A stretch of 64,000 bases of DNA, from IMG/VR virus record IMGVR_UViG_3300042453_005981. One strand, given 5' to 3'. Made by a program: the position numbers and the translations under genes. Every line of letters begins with the position of its first letter. Within the stretch, counting starts at the first letter, position 1. The DNA is from an uncultured virus (IMG/VR IMGVR_UViG_3300042453_005981). Taxonomy: Duplodnaviria > Heunggongvirae > Uroviricota > Caudoviricetes. Positions 1-9,867 of this stretch are shown here, in pieces. The notes below the pieces were generated by a model, which saw only the letters and a program-made list of their open reading frames with translations, was not told where the DNA came from and ran no database searches.

Positions 1-861
1 GTGGGCATAAATACATTTACTGTTAAATCACTTTATAATCAATCTGAAAATCCATTTATTCTTTCTGTTACTACAAATTCGAATGGCATCACAACTAATG
101 TAGTGAGGGTTGTTATTTCTGATAGAGGGTCAGGATTTATTGGCACTGGGACAAATCTGCAAGCTTCTGTATCAGTGCCTTTATCAACTAATCCAGTAAC
201 GTTTGCGACAATCAATAATTTGGGCTTGGCAATAACAGCTTACACTTTGAAAGCACCTTATACACCTGGTTACGCAACCACTGATAACTTCGTGAGAATA
301 AACCCAAATTCTCCAACAGGCTATGCATCCACAACTTTTGGATATTCATCATCTGTGGTCTTATATTCTTATCCGAACTACGATGGAAGATTGTTTGAGC
401 AAACTAATGATGTTGCTGGTCGTGTAATTTTTGATGGTAGAGATGTGGTTTATGCAACTGTAACACCAAGCAATGGAGTTTCAGAAGGTTCAACATATCA
501 ATCAAATCCAATTACAATAAATCCATTTTACACACCTGTTCTTTCCAGCTTGACTATTGTTGGATCAATTTCTAGCTATAATGGAGTTAGTACTAACTTG
601 AATGTTTTTGCAAATACTCCTCAAACTCCACTATATAATTTCAATTATGCAATAAGCCCATTCAATCAATACGTGGTAATTAATTGGTTTAAACTTGTTG
701 AGACTGGAGTGAAAAATATATCTTCATCAACTACCCTTTCGAGTAATTTGATAAATGCTTCTGATCAAATATATTACACAGCATACCCTGCGGTAATTCA
801 GTCCAACGGAACTTATGGGTTCGGTAATACAGTTAATTCAGAGATTTACACAGTGATATAG
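1..861 (+). CDS. virion structural protein, 5'-truncated (S/T/N/V-rich, beta-rich)
   Basis: ORF open from window edge; composition typical of phage tail/baseplate proteins. Confidence 0.5.
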   Translation: MGINTFTVKSLYNQSENPFILSVTTNSNGITTNVVRVVISDRGSGFIGTGTNLQASVSVPLSTNPVTFATINNLGLAITAYTLKAPYTPGYATTDNFVRINPNSPTGYASTTFGYSSSVVLYSYPNYDGRLFEQTNDVAGRVIFDGRDVVYATVTPSNGVSEGSTYQSNPITINPFYTPVLSSLTIVGSISSYNGVSTNLNVFANTPQTPLYNFNYAISPFNQYVVINWFKLVETGVKNISSSTTLSSNLINASDQIYYTAYPAVIQSNGTYGFGNTVNSEIYTVI

Positions 862-893
862 GTTGTAAAGCTTTTTTTTCATAAAATTTAATT
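860..893 (+). promoter_or_regulatory. class B upstream motif (AGG at -34, AT-rich box, apparently leaderless start)
   Basis: AGG 860-862, CATAAAATTTAATT then ATG 894; same spacing at 8 other genes. Confidence 0.55.
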
Positions 894-1820
894 ATGTCTA
901 ATCCAATTAAATTCATTCCAGATTTAAGAGATAAAATTTTAAATCAAGTTTCTATTCTGAATGAGCAACAGAATTGGGGGCTATCTTTTATTGAAGCTTC
1001 TTATGCTTGGCAACATTCAAAAGGAGAAGATGTAAAGGTGGCAATAATAGACACAGGATGGTTTCCTCACAAAGATTTACAAGTGAATTTTTTAGATGGG
1101 TATGATGCCACTGGCAATAATGATTTTATGGATCATGGCTCATATCATGGCACACATGTGGCTGGAATAGTTGGTGCTAATTGTGGGCAAAATATTGGCG
1201 TAATGGGTGTTGCGCCAAGCTGTAAACTTATTCCCATAAAGGCACTTGATGATGATGGCACTGGTTCATTTGATTTCATTGCAAACGCTTTACAAATCGC
1301 ACACGACTTAGATGTAGATATAATCAATATGTCTCTTGGAACAGAATCCGATTATGGTCAAAGCAAAGTACATTCATTGATAAAAGATATAACAGCAAAG
1401 GGCAAGATTGTGGTTTGTGCTAGTGGGAATGATGGAGAAGATGTAAACTTTCCAGCAAAATATGATGAATCAATTGCTGTGGCAGCTGTTGAAAATGATG
1501 GAAAATTGGCTCGTTTTTCTTCGAGAGGTCCTGAGCTTGATGTTGCGGCACCTGGTGTAAAAATTTATTCTACTTGGGGAAACAATCAATATGTGAATCT
1601 TGATGGCACATCTATGGCTTGTCCAACTATTTCTGGAATAATTGCATTGATAATTTCTTGGTATAAAAAAAATCCAGACCCAAATTTTCAAATAAATTTC
1701 ACGAACATGATCAAACTTATGTATGATTTAGGTGGACCAGAAGGTGACCATATTGTACAACAAGGATCGTATAATATTGGAGTGCCTAAATTACAAAATT
1801 TTAATCCTTGGAAAAATTAA
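894..1820 (+). CDS. subtilisin-like S8 serine peptidase
   Basis: catalytic triad motifs IIDTG, HGTHVAG, GTSMA; oxyanion ASGND. Confidence 0.95.
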   Translation: MSNPIKFIPDLRDKILNQVSILNEQQNWGLSFIEASYAWQHSKGEDVKVAIIDTGWFPHKDLQVNFLDGYDATGNNDFMDHGSYHGTHVAGIVGANCGQNIGVMGVAPSCKLIPIKALDDDGTGSFDFIANALQIAHDLDVDIINMSLGTESDYGQSKVHSLIKDITAKGKIVVCASGNDGEDVNFPAKYDESIAVAAVENDGKLARFSSRGPELDVAAPGVKIYSTWGNNQYVNLDGTSMACPTISGIIALIISWYKKNPDPNFQINFTNMIKLMYDLGGPEGDHIVQQGSYNIGVPKLQNFNPWKN

Positions 1821-1822
1821 CA

Positions 1823-2443
1823 ATGTCAGAAAAAGTAACAGATAGAATACAAGAAGTGATTGCACAATCTGTGCCTGCCTCATGCACTATATTTGTAAAA
1901 ACAAGAAAACAATCTTGGTCAGGAAGCGGCTTTCACATAGGAAATGGCTATGTTGTTACTGCTTCACATGTTGCACCTGAAGAATTAATGTCCAGTGGAG
2001 ACGTAAAAGTAACTTTTGATGGTTCATTATTATTGGATTGTTCAGTTTTCAAATCAGATCCTAATATAGACGCGGCTATTTTAAAAATTGAATCAGATTG
2101 GTCAAATATTCCTTCTGTAGTTTTAGCAAACTCAGACGCTGTTGAATTGGGTGAAACTGTTGCAGTTATAGGCGCGCCAGAAATGTTTCATGACACAGTA
2201 ACGGTTGGAAGAGTAAGCAATACAGATCAATCACTAGGAGATGCCGCCCCATCTCCAGCTTGGAATAATATAATGTTTGTTGATGCAAAAATCATACAAG
2301 GAGTAAGCGGCGGAATGTGCGTTGGCACAGATGGTCTTGTAATTGGTTCAGTAATTGGAGTCACAGGGATGCTTGCAGAATATGGTGTAGGTGAGAATGT
2401 TATTTGTCCTTCCAATAAAATAATTAATCTTTTGAAAAGTTAA
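1823..2443 (+). CDS. trypsin-like (HtrA/S1C-type) serine protease without PDZ domain
   Basis: GSGF, TASHV, DAAILKI, GVSGG motifs; ATG 1823 preferred to TTG 1808. Confidence 0.85.
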   Translation: MSEKVTDRIQEVIAQSVPASCTIFVKTRKQSWSGSGFHIGNGYVVTASHVAPEELMSSGDVKVTFDGSLLLDCSVFKSDPNIDAAILKIESDWSNIPSVVLANSDAVELGETVAVIGAPEMFHDTVTVGRVSNTDQSLGDAAPSPAWNNIMFVDAKIIQGVSGGMCVGTDGLVIGSVIGVTGMLAEYGVGENVICPSNKIINLLKS

Positions 2444-2446
2444 TTA

Positions 2447-2459
2447 GTATAATATCTAT
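2447..2459 (+). promoter_or_regulatory. class A -10 box directly before start codon (leaderless)
   Basis: GTATAAT 2447-2453, 6-nt spacer, ATG 2460; no SD. Confidence 0.7.
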
Positions 2460-3416
2460 ATGGATTATTATTCAATACTTGAATTAGATAGAACGGCGTC
2501 TCCCGAAGATATCAAAAAATCTTACAGAAAACTAGCAAAACAATATCATCCAGATGTAAACCCCAACGATCCAATATCTGAGGAAAAATTTAAACAAGTA
2601 AGTGAAGCATATGAAGTTCTTTCAGATGAACAAAAAAAACACAACTATGATACTTATGGTAATGTAAATGGTGGGGGTTTTACTGATTTTGGTTTCAATA
2701 TCAATTTTGATCCTGGTTCAATATTTGAAGAATTTTTTGGACCCAGGAGGCAACCTGAAAGAAATACTGATCTGCAAATTGAATTGCAATTACAATTAAA
2801 GGATTTTGTTAAAGGCTGCGTTCATACTGTCAAAATCAATAAAAGAAAAAAATGCCTTGATTGTGACGGATTAGGGGGATTTGATTTCAATGCATGCCCT
2901 GACTGCAATGGCTCTGGCATGATTCAACATTCCAGTTTTAACCATATGTTTTTTGTTCAAACATCTCCTTGTGGCAGATGTAGTGCCAAGGGCAAAATTC
3001 CACAAAGACAATGTGATAAATGTAACGTTACTGGATTCATTAATTACGTTTCAGAAATTAATATCAATATTCCTGAAAATTGTCCAATATTTGCTACTTT
3101 ACAACTTCAAGGTCAAGGTAATCAAGAAAAAAATAATTTACCTCCTGGAAATTTGTTTGTAAGACTTGTTCCAGTCTCAAACGGCTTTGAAGTAGATCAT
3201 GAGGGCAACGTTAAGTTGATCAAAGAAATTAATTTGCAAAATTGGGTAAATAACGAAGAAATTTCAATTGATAGATTTGGAATAGAAGCATTCAAATTTT
3301 CATTGTATAATTTAAGTAGCTCTGATAGTCAAATCAAATTTGATGGGATGGGCGCAAAGAATGCAAATAACAGCCGCCAAGGTGACTTTATAGTAGCATT
3401 CAGAATAACTAAATAA
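2460..3416 (+). CDS. dnaJ: DnaJ chaperone
   Basis: J domain with HPD, G/F region, four CxxCxxxG zinc-finger repeats, C-terminal domain. Confidence 0.93.
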   Translation: MDYYSILELDRTASPEDIKKSYRKLAKQYHPDVNPNDPISEEKFKQVSEAYEVLSDEQKKHNYDTYGNVNGGGFTDFGFNINFDPGSIFEEFFGPRRQPERNTDLQIELQLQLKDFVKGCVHTVKINKRKKCLDCDGLGGFDFNACPDCNGSGMIQHSSFNHMFFVQTSPCGRCSAKGKIPQRQCDKCNVTGFINYVSEININIPENCPIFATLQLQGQGNQEKNNLPPGNLFVRLVPVSNGFEVDHEGNVKLIKEINLQNWVNNEEISIDRFGIEAFKFSLYNLSSSDSQIKFDGMGAKNANNSRQGDFIVAFRITK

Positions 3417-3430
3417 GGAGAAATAAAAAT

Positions 3431-3628
3431 ATGGCAATGATTAAACAAGGAAAATCAGGAAAAATCAAACAAGTAATTGTTGACGATGTTGAGCATACAC
3501 CTGCTCCAGACTTACAGTGGTCTGATGTTGTTATCAAAGACGTTCTTGATGTTCCAACTAGAACAGAACACGTATTGGATGTTGACCTAGACGAAACTGA
3601 CGGCGATGAAATTGCAGTAAGAGTTTAA
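3431..3628 (+). CDS. small acidic hypothetical protein
   Basis: 65-aa ORF with AAGGAG SD, followed by terminator. Confidence 0.7.
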   Translation: MAMIKQGKSGKIKQVIVDDVEHTPAPDLQWSDVVIKDVLDVPTRTEHVLDVDLDETDGDEIAVRV

Positions 3629-3631
3629 ACT

Positions 3632-3659
3632 AAGATCCCAGCAATCTGGGATCTTTTTT
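3632..3659 (+). terminator. Rho-independent terminator
   Basis: AAGATCCCAG-caat-CTGGGATCTT 10-bp stem followed by T run. Confidence 0.85.
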
Positions 3660-3681
3660 GTATTTATTTCGTAAATTATTT

Positions 3682-5325
3682 GTGCTGCAAATTAATTTAA
3701 ATAATGATTATGCCAGTGTTTCTGGAGAGTATGATAAAAAAACTATTGATCTCATCAATGAAACCTGCTCATATAAAGTGCCAGATGCCGAGTGGTCTGC
3801 TAAATTCCAAAATGGCACTTGGAATGGCAAAATTAGCTTGTTTAGTAGGCGAACCATGTCTTTTCCAGCTGGAATATTTAACATCGTTTTAAAAGCTTTG
3901 AAAGACAATAATATTAAATTTGTCTTCAACGATTGTAGACCAAAACCTAAAATACAAAAGTTAGCACAAGTTGATTTAGGTGAACATTCTTTCAGAGATT
4001 ATCAACAGGAAGCAATAAAAAAAATCAAAGAAAAAACTCGTGGCATTCTGGCTATGTGCACTGGTGCTGGAAAAACAAAATCTTCTTGTGGTATCATTTC
4101 AGAGCTATCGGTTTACCCAGTTATTTTTGTGGTGCCTTCTGTATCTTTGTTGAAACAAACAGTTTCAGAATTCAAAAGTTCTTTAAAGCCTTTGGATCCT
4201 AATTTCAAAATTGGTGAGATAGGTGGAGGCAAATGCGACATAGCTCACCACGGTGTAAATGTCGCAACTTATCAAACTCTTTTAACTGCTTTTGATAAAA
4301 AATATTCAGAGCAGAGCAAAAAAGTTGTTGATGTAGTAATTGATAATACGACATTGCCAGGTCTTGAAAAACAATTGAAAATTCTCAAAGTAGATTTAGA
4401 AAACTCACCAGTGAAAAAAACTAAAAGTATTGAGAAAAAAATTAAAGATTTACAAAACAAAATTTCTGCAAAACTTAAGTTTTTTGATAATAAAAAACAA
4501 TTAAGAGATCTTGTAGGAAATTGTCAACTTTTAATTATTGATGAAACACATATTGCCGCTTCTGTTATTGAATGTATATCCCTTAAAGCTTCTAATGCTT
4601 ATTACAAATGTGGACTTTCAGGAACTCCAAGGCGGTTAGATAACCAAGACGTAAGAATGTTTGGTAGCACTGGTCCTATTATTCATAAAGTTACTTCTTC
4701 AGATTTAATAAAAAGGGGGTTTTTGACCAAACCTTACATTTACATTGTTGATTTAGATTTTATAGACAAATCTGCTCCCTCTCATCCTGAAACTTACAAG
4801 AAAGCCATAGTTAATAATGTTCAAAGAAATGAACTAATTCGAGATTTTGCTATAGAAATGAAAGCAGAAGGCAGACCAACTTTAATTTTAGTGGAAAGAC
4901 TTGAGCATGGAAAAATTTTAGAAGAAATGATCGAAGATTGTGTCTTTGTTCCTGGCGGAGATGGCTCAGATGATAAAGAAATTCCTGATAAAGAACTAGA
5001 TTATCGTCGCTATCAATTAAATAGACTTGAAAACAATGAGATTATAATGGCTGCCACTTCTTGGGCATACACTGGTATTGATGCCCCTAAGATAAGCTGT
5101 ATTATTCTTGCATGTTCAATCTCTTCTCCTAACACAATTACTCAACAAATTGGAAGAGGATTAAGAAATGCTCCAGGCAAAAAAGATTGTGTCATCATTG
5201 ACTTCAAACATAAAGAAAAATCTTTAAGGCAACATCATTTTTCAAAAATGAAAGTTTATAATTCTGAAGAAGAATTTGTTGTAAAAATTTTGAAGTATAA
5301 TAGTAACAAAGGAACTTATGTTTAA
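3682..5325 (+). CDS. superfamily 2 DNA helicase (UvsW/ResIII-like)
   Basis: Q-motif RDYQ, CTGAGKT, DETH, SGT, QQIGRGLR; GTG 3682 likely because TTG 3658 lies in the terminator tail. Confidence 0.9.
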   Translation: MLQINLNNDYASVSGEYDKKTIDLINETCSYKVPDAEWSAKFQNGTWNGKISLFSRRTMSFPAGIFNIVLKALKDNNIKFVFNDCRPKPKIQKLAQVDLGEHSFRDYQQEAIKKIKEKTRGILAMCTGAGKTKSSCGIISELSVYPVIFVVPSVSLLKQTVSEFKSSLKPLDPNFKIGEIGGGKCDIAHHGVNVATYQTLLTAFDKKYSEQSKKVVDVVIDNTTLPGLEKQLKILKVDLENSPVKKTKSIEKKIKDLQNKISAKLKFFDNKKQLRDLVGNCQLLIIDETHIAASVIECISLKASNAYYKCGLSGTPRRLDNQDVRMFGSTGPIIHKVTSSDLIKRGFLTKPYIYIVDLDFIDKSAPSHPETYKKAIVNNVQRNELIRDFAIEMKAEGRPTLILVERLEHGKILEEMIEDCVFVPGGDGSDDKEIPDKELDYRRYQLNRLENNEIIMAATSWAYTGIDAPKISCIILACSISSPNTITQQIGRGLRNAPGKKDCVIIDFKHKEKSLRQHHFSKMKVYNSEEEFVVKILKYNSNKGTYV

Positions 5326-5671
5326 ATCTGTAGTTTTTGGTATGCCTTCAAAATGCCCTAATCGGAATTGTCACGCAATTTTTTATAAAGACTGTCATAA
5401 AGGCTGGCTTCCAAAATCTGAGTTAGAGATTTTTGCTATCATGAGATGTTCAGCTTGTCGTGACACATTTGCTATTGCTCAAATGATTCACATGGTGCAT
5501 GAATACAAACAAAATCTTCCAGAAAGAGAAGTGGTTAAAAATCAAATTACAATATTTACCGAAAAAGATCAAGAAACTTTTAGAAAAGAATTATTTTCTG
5601 ATGATAACCCTCTTTGGAATTTGTATGATGGTTATTTCCCAGGTGCTTTAGATTTACCTGAAGATGTATAA
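5318..5671 (+). CDS. hypothetical protein with putative zinc ribbon
   Basis: CPNRNC and CSAC pairs; AAGGA SD. Confidence 0.65.
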   Translation: MFKSVVFGMPSKCPNRNCHAIFYKDCHKGWLPKSELEIFAIMRCSACRDTFAIAQMIHMVHEYKQNLPEREVVKNQITIFTEKDQETFRKELFSDDNPLWNLYDGYFPGALDLPEDV

Positions 5672-5679
5672 TAATAAAT

Positions 5680-7305
5680 ATGGGAATATTTATTGGCTGT
5701 GATTTAGGCACAACAAATTCTGTTGTTTGCTTTAAAAATTCAAAAAATGAATTTGAATTTGTTAAAGATGAATCAGGAAACAAACTTATTCCATCTGTAG
5801 TTTGCTATGCTGATGAGCTATATGTTGGTAGAGAAGCGGTTGAAAATGAAGAAAATTTTCCTGAAAAAACTATAAGATCTTCTAAAAGATTTATTGGTAA
5901 TAATAATTCTGATTATGACGCAACAGAAGTTGCCAAGCATATCTTAGAGTATTTAAAAAGCATAACAGAATCTCACTCAAAAGAAGCAATTGAAGGCTTA
6001 GTAATCACTGTGCCAGCTTATTTTAATCAAAATCAAAGATTAGAAACTAAAAAAGCTGCTGAACTAGCTGGTTTTAAAGTCTTAAGAATTATTAATGAGC
6101 CTACCGCTGCCGCCTTAGCATACGGGGAAGACACTAACTTAAATGAACTTGTTCTTGTGTACGATTTGGGAGGTGGCACTTTCGATGTAACACTGTTACA
6201 GTTATCTGATGATAAAGTTTATCAGGTGTTAGCGACTTCAGGAAATACAAAACTTGGAGGAGATGATTTTGATAATTTGTTAGTAAATTACATTATTGGC
6301 GAGATACCACATCATTTCAATGAATTTAAAGATTTTCAAGTTAGGCTTAAAAAATTTGCCGAAGAAATAAAAATACAATTAAATTATAAATCTAAGGTGA
6401 GCAAAACTTTAAAATATTGTGGATTATTACATGGTAAACTTTATCATCACAAAGTAGAAATATTAAAAGAAGATTATGAAAAAATGATTCATCCTCTATT
6501 ACTCAAAACAAAATCTCATGTTTTGACAGCTTTAAACGATGCAGACAAAAAAATATCTAATTTGTCTAAAATTATTTTAGTTGGTGGCTCAACAAAATCA
6601 AAAATTGTTAGAGAATTTGTTGAAAAAGAATTTAACACAAAAGTCTTTTATGAAATTGACCCAGATTTAACTGTGAGCGCTGGAGCTGCAAATTTAGCTC
6701 ACTCTATCGCCGTTAAAAACGCTGACAGTGCCATTCTTGTAGATGTCACTCCACTATCACTTGGAATTGAAACTAAAGGGGGATTGTTGAATAAAATTAT
6801 TCCTAGAAATACGAATGTACCAGTAAGTGCTGCGCAAGACTTTATAACAGCAGAAGATAACCAAGAATCTGTGAATATCAAAATTTATCAAGGTGAAAGA
6901 CCTCTTGCCAAAGATAATGAGTTTCTTGGTGAGTTTGTGTTAAGTGGATTTGAAAAACGACCAAAAGGGCAAACAAAAATTGTTGTTAAGTTTGATATTG
7001 ATGCATCGGGTTTAATTACTGTCACTGCTTTTGATAAAATTTCAGGCTTACAGTCTGAAGTCACGTTAAAATCCTTGACTTCAGAAAAAACAAATGAGTT
7101 GCTTGATAATATTGAAGCAAGCTTACATGATGACAAAAAAATACTAGAAAAAATTGAATTAGAAGAATTAAGACAAGAAGCAAAAACTCTTATGCTAACA
7201 CAAAGTATATTAAATAAAGATGAAGATTTAGAATCCACTTATGATGCTGTAAAAGATAATCTTGTTGCCCTAAAAGTTTTCATACAATCGTTAAACAATG
7301 CATAA
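5680..7305 (+). CDS. dnaK: Hsp70/DnaK family chaperone with short C-terminal lid
   Basis: DLGTTNS, TVPAYF, INEPTAAA, DLGGGTFD, LVGGST, DVTPLSLG; GTATAAT 7 nt upstream. Confidence 0.92.
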   Translation: MGIFIGCDLGTTNSVVCFKNSKNEFEFVKDESGNKLIPSVVCYADELYVGREAVENEENFPEKTIRSSKRFIGNNNSDYDATEVAKHILEYLKSITESHSKEAIEGLVITVPAYFNQNQRLETKKAAELAGFKVLRIINEPTAAALAYGEDTNLNELVLVYDLGGGTFDVTLLQLSDDKVYQVLATSGNTKLGGDDFDNLLVNYIIGEIPHHFNEFKDFQVRLKKFAEEIKIQLNYKSKVSKTLKYCGLLHGKLYHHKVEILKEDYEKMIHPLLLKTKSHVLTALNDADKKISNLSKIILVGGSTKSKIVREFVEKEFNTKVFYEIDPDLTVSAGAANLAHSIAVKNADSAILVDVTPLSLGIETKGGLLNKIIPRNTNVPVSAAQDFITAEDNQESVNIKIYQGERPLAKDNEFLGEFVLSGFEKRPKGQTKIVVKFDIDASGLITVTAFDKISGLQSEVTLKSLTSEKTNELLDNIEASLHDDKKILEKIELEELRQEAKTLMLTQSILNKDEDLESTYDAVKDNLVALKVFIQSLNNA

Positions 7306-7927
7306 AGAATTCGATGATAATTTAAGAGCTAAATATGGTTTAAATTTAGTTGGTATTGATGAAGCTGGTCGAGGCGCTTGGGCAGGTCCCTTAGTTGCGG
7401 CTGCAGTTTGCCTACCTAATGATTTTGTCCTAGAAGGTCTTACTGATTCTAAAAAGTTGTCAGAAAAAAAACGCATTGAGTATTTTGAGATAATTAAAAA
7501 TAATGCATTAGCTTATTCTATTCAAGAAATAAGCCCAGAACAAATTGACAAAAATGGTCTGACATGGGCAAACATACAAGCTATGGAATTGGCTGGGCAA
7601 ACCGTCAAAAATACTCTAACAAAGGTGGACATTTATGTTATTGACGAATCACCTTGTAAAAGTTTTAGCCCACTGGTAATGATGCCCAAAGCTGATAGCA
7701 CATCTATGAGTGTTGCAGCTGCGTCTGTGTTAGCAAAAGTATACAGAGACGAAATGATGTATGCGTTTGCTAACCAATATCCTGAATATTGTTTTCAGCA
7801 AAACAAGGGTTATATTGACAAAAATCATGTTGATATTGTCAATAAATTTGGAGTGATTGCTGGCTTGTATAGAGAATCATATAAAGTAAAAGGGTTTAAT
7901 AAACCCACTCAACTAAAACTCGTATAA
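7298..7927 (+). CDS. rnhB: ribonuclease HII
   Basis: GIDEAGRG..AGP, DSKKL, KAD..SVAAASVLAKVYRD. Confidence 0.95.
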   Translation: MHKEFDDNLRAKYGLNLVGIDEAGRGAWAGPLVAAAVCLPNDFVLEGLTDSKKLSEKKRIEYFEIIKNNALAYSIQEISPEQIDKNGLTWANIQAMELAGQTVKNTLTKVDIYVIDESPCKSFSPLVMMPKADSTSMSVAAASVLAKVYRDEMMYAFANQYPEYCFQQNKGYIDKNHVDIVNKFGVIAGLYRESYKVKGFNKPTQLKLV

Positions 7928-7936
7928 AAAGTAAGT

Positions 7937-8338
7937 ATGAAGAACTTTTTTAAAAAAAATACTGATCAGATTGGCTCCACTCTTTCATTAGTTTGTTTGA
8001 TTCATTGTTTATTTTTGCCTATTTTAATTGCCACAGTGCCTTTTGTTTCTTTTATGTCTTTTATGCAATCTTTTTGGGCTGAAGCTTTGATGATTATTTT
8101 TGCCATACTAAATGCAATTTTAGCTGTTACATCAGGGTTTAAACAACACAAAAACTATATTGTGGTTTCTTTTTTTGTTTCTGGTGCATTGTTTCTTATT
8201 TTAAGTTTTATAGTTCATAAGTATTTGCATTTTGCAGATTACTTTACACCGATTGGCGCTTTTATTTTAGGTGCTGGTCACTTCTTCAACAAACGGATGT
8301 GCAAAACATGTTCAACCTGTAATACTATCAATGAATAA
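7937..8338 (+). CDS. MerC-family membrane protein
   Basis: DQIG..LS..CLIHC..LP motif and four hydrophobic helices. Confidence 0.7.
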   Translation: MKNFFKKNTDQIGSTLSLVCLIHCLFLPILIATVPFVSFMSFMQSFWAEALMIIFAILNAILAVTSGFKQHKNYIVVSFFVSGALFLILSFIVHKYLHFADYFTPIGAFILGAGHFFNKRMCKTCSTCNTINE

Positions 8339-8786
8339 AACCACAGAACTTTTTGAATTGCTGCCTTGCGAAATGAATCAGATTGTGTTAGAGAACCAAA
8401 ATGATTACATCGTAGGAATATTAGCCGAAGAAAAAGAAGTGGGAATAATTTTAAGTGGATATGATGGGAGCATTCTTACTTTTGTTGATAGTGGTTGTGC
8501 TGATCATGCTCATATCAATACTGTTCATCAGTTGTTAATTAAATTCAAACAAAGTTGCGGTTTCAAGTTGAGTAGGTCTATAATTGAAGCAAAATATGGC
8601 GACGTAATTTATTGCAGACTTCATTGGAAGAATGAAAAAGGAGATATTTATAATGTATGCAGCATTGGAGATGCATTAATTCTACACAGTCTAACAGGAT
8701 GTGATTTGTTTATTTCAAAAAATGTCTTTGATCAATTTGAGCCATTTGATTCTCAGGGATATTTTCATTCTTTTGAAGATTTTTAA
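8331..8786 (+). CDS. bifunctional nuclease (DUF151)-like protein
   Basis: TVHQLL, YCRLHW, SIGDALIL pattern resembling THDL...RPSDAIAL. Confidence 0.5.
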   Translation: MNKTTELFELLPCEMNQIVLENQNDYIVGILAEEKEVGIILSGYDGSILTFVDSGCADHAHINTVHQLLIKFKQSCGFKLSRSIIEAKYGDVIYCRLHWKNEKGDIYNVCSIGDALILHSLTGCDLFISKNVFDQFEPFDSQGYFHSFEDF

Positions 8787-9835
8787 ATTCCTACATAAGC
8801 ATGAACTTCAAAGGTTACTTTCATATCACCCTCTGAAAAACTATTATTAGTCTGAGTTATTACAGCCTTATTGATTGCAAATGGTGCAGGAATTACTGTT
8901 TGTAACACTGAGTTTGCAGTGAAATAAATGTTAAAATTATCTTGGACATATCTCAGTACACCAGTGGGCTGCAAAGTAACATTTCCTCTTTGTATTAATT
9001 CGCTTGTGCTTGCTGTCGGGATGTCGTTATATTTCCAGTTTATTATGCTTCCTGTTTCATTGTCTATTGAAATAGACGCAGTTCCACTAGCTGTAATTTC
9101 AATTCCACCAACAGATAAGAATGGAAATTGCCAACCTGAATAAGAAGCAATATCTGCATCACTTGTTGGATTCCAAATTCCTCCATGAAGCCCGTCGTAA
9201 GGCACTGAGTTAAAGGGCGGATAATAAGGGTAAACACCTAAGAAATTTTTTTGTGAAGTTTTTATATCTATTGTTATTGTGCATTTTTCAACAAAATATG
9301 CAAAACCGCCAAAATCAACACAAAAATCATAATTAGAAGCATCTCTAGAAGCATAATTCAAACCAGTTTCTTCAATGAAACTTTGAGCTGTTGCTCCGTA
9401 ATTAATTTTGTAAACATTAGTTGCATTATTGGGGTCTCCATCTGACAACAGAGTAAAATCCACGCTTGAACCATCAACACCAATATTTATAACAATTTTA
9501 GATAGTAAAGGCAGAAAATTATTTGGTAAATTATTTGTATATTGAAAAGCAACTAAATCATTCAATAACTTTAATGCATCACTCATTGTTTGCCCTTGTT
9601 CTGGAACTAAAATAGGCGCGTTTAAAGTAATATTTTCTGTTACTTGTTTTATATCCAAAACTCTAGTTAAAGGCGTTCCTTGCATATAAAATTTAGCATT
9701 AGTAGGCATTGAATTATTATCGTTTAATGTTTTAATAATATATGGATACTTACCAGTATTATCTTGACCGCCATTAGGTGATGTCCTAACTGTGACAAAC
9801 TTATATACACCATAAAAGTTATTATTGAGCGGCAT
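8783..9835 (-). CDS. putative virion protein (tail-tube-like), paralogue of next gene
   Basis: beta-rich; shares YMQG.P and R..s/wYD motifs with 9868-10809. Confidence 0.4.
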   Translation of the reverse strand: MPLNNNFYGVYKFVTVRTSPNGGQDNTGKYPYIIKTLNDNNSMPTNAKFYMQGTPLTRVLDIKQVTENITLNAPILVPEQGQTMSDALKLLNDLVAFQYTNNLPNNFLPLLSKIVINIGVDGSSVDFTLLSDGDPNNATNVYKINYGATAQSFIEETGLNYASRDASNYDFCVDFGGFAYFVEKCTITIDIKTSQKNFLGVYPYYPPFNSVPYDGLHGGIWNPTSDADIASYSGWQFPFLSVGGIEITASGTASISIDNETGSIINWKYNDIPTASTSELIQRGNVTLQPTGVLRYVQDNFNIYFTANSVLQTVIPAPFAINKAVITQTNNSFSEGDMKVTFEVHAYVGI

Positions 9836-9867
9836 AATTATAATTTACAATTAATTGTTGTAAAAGC

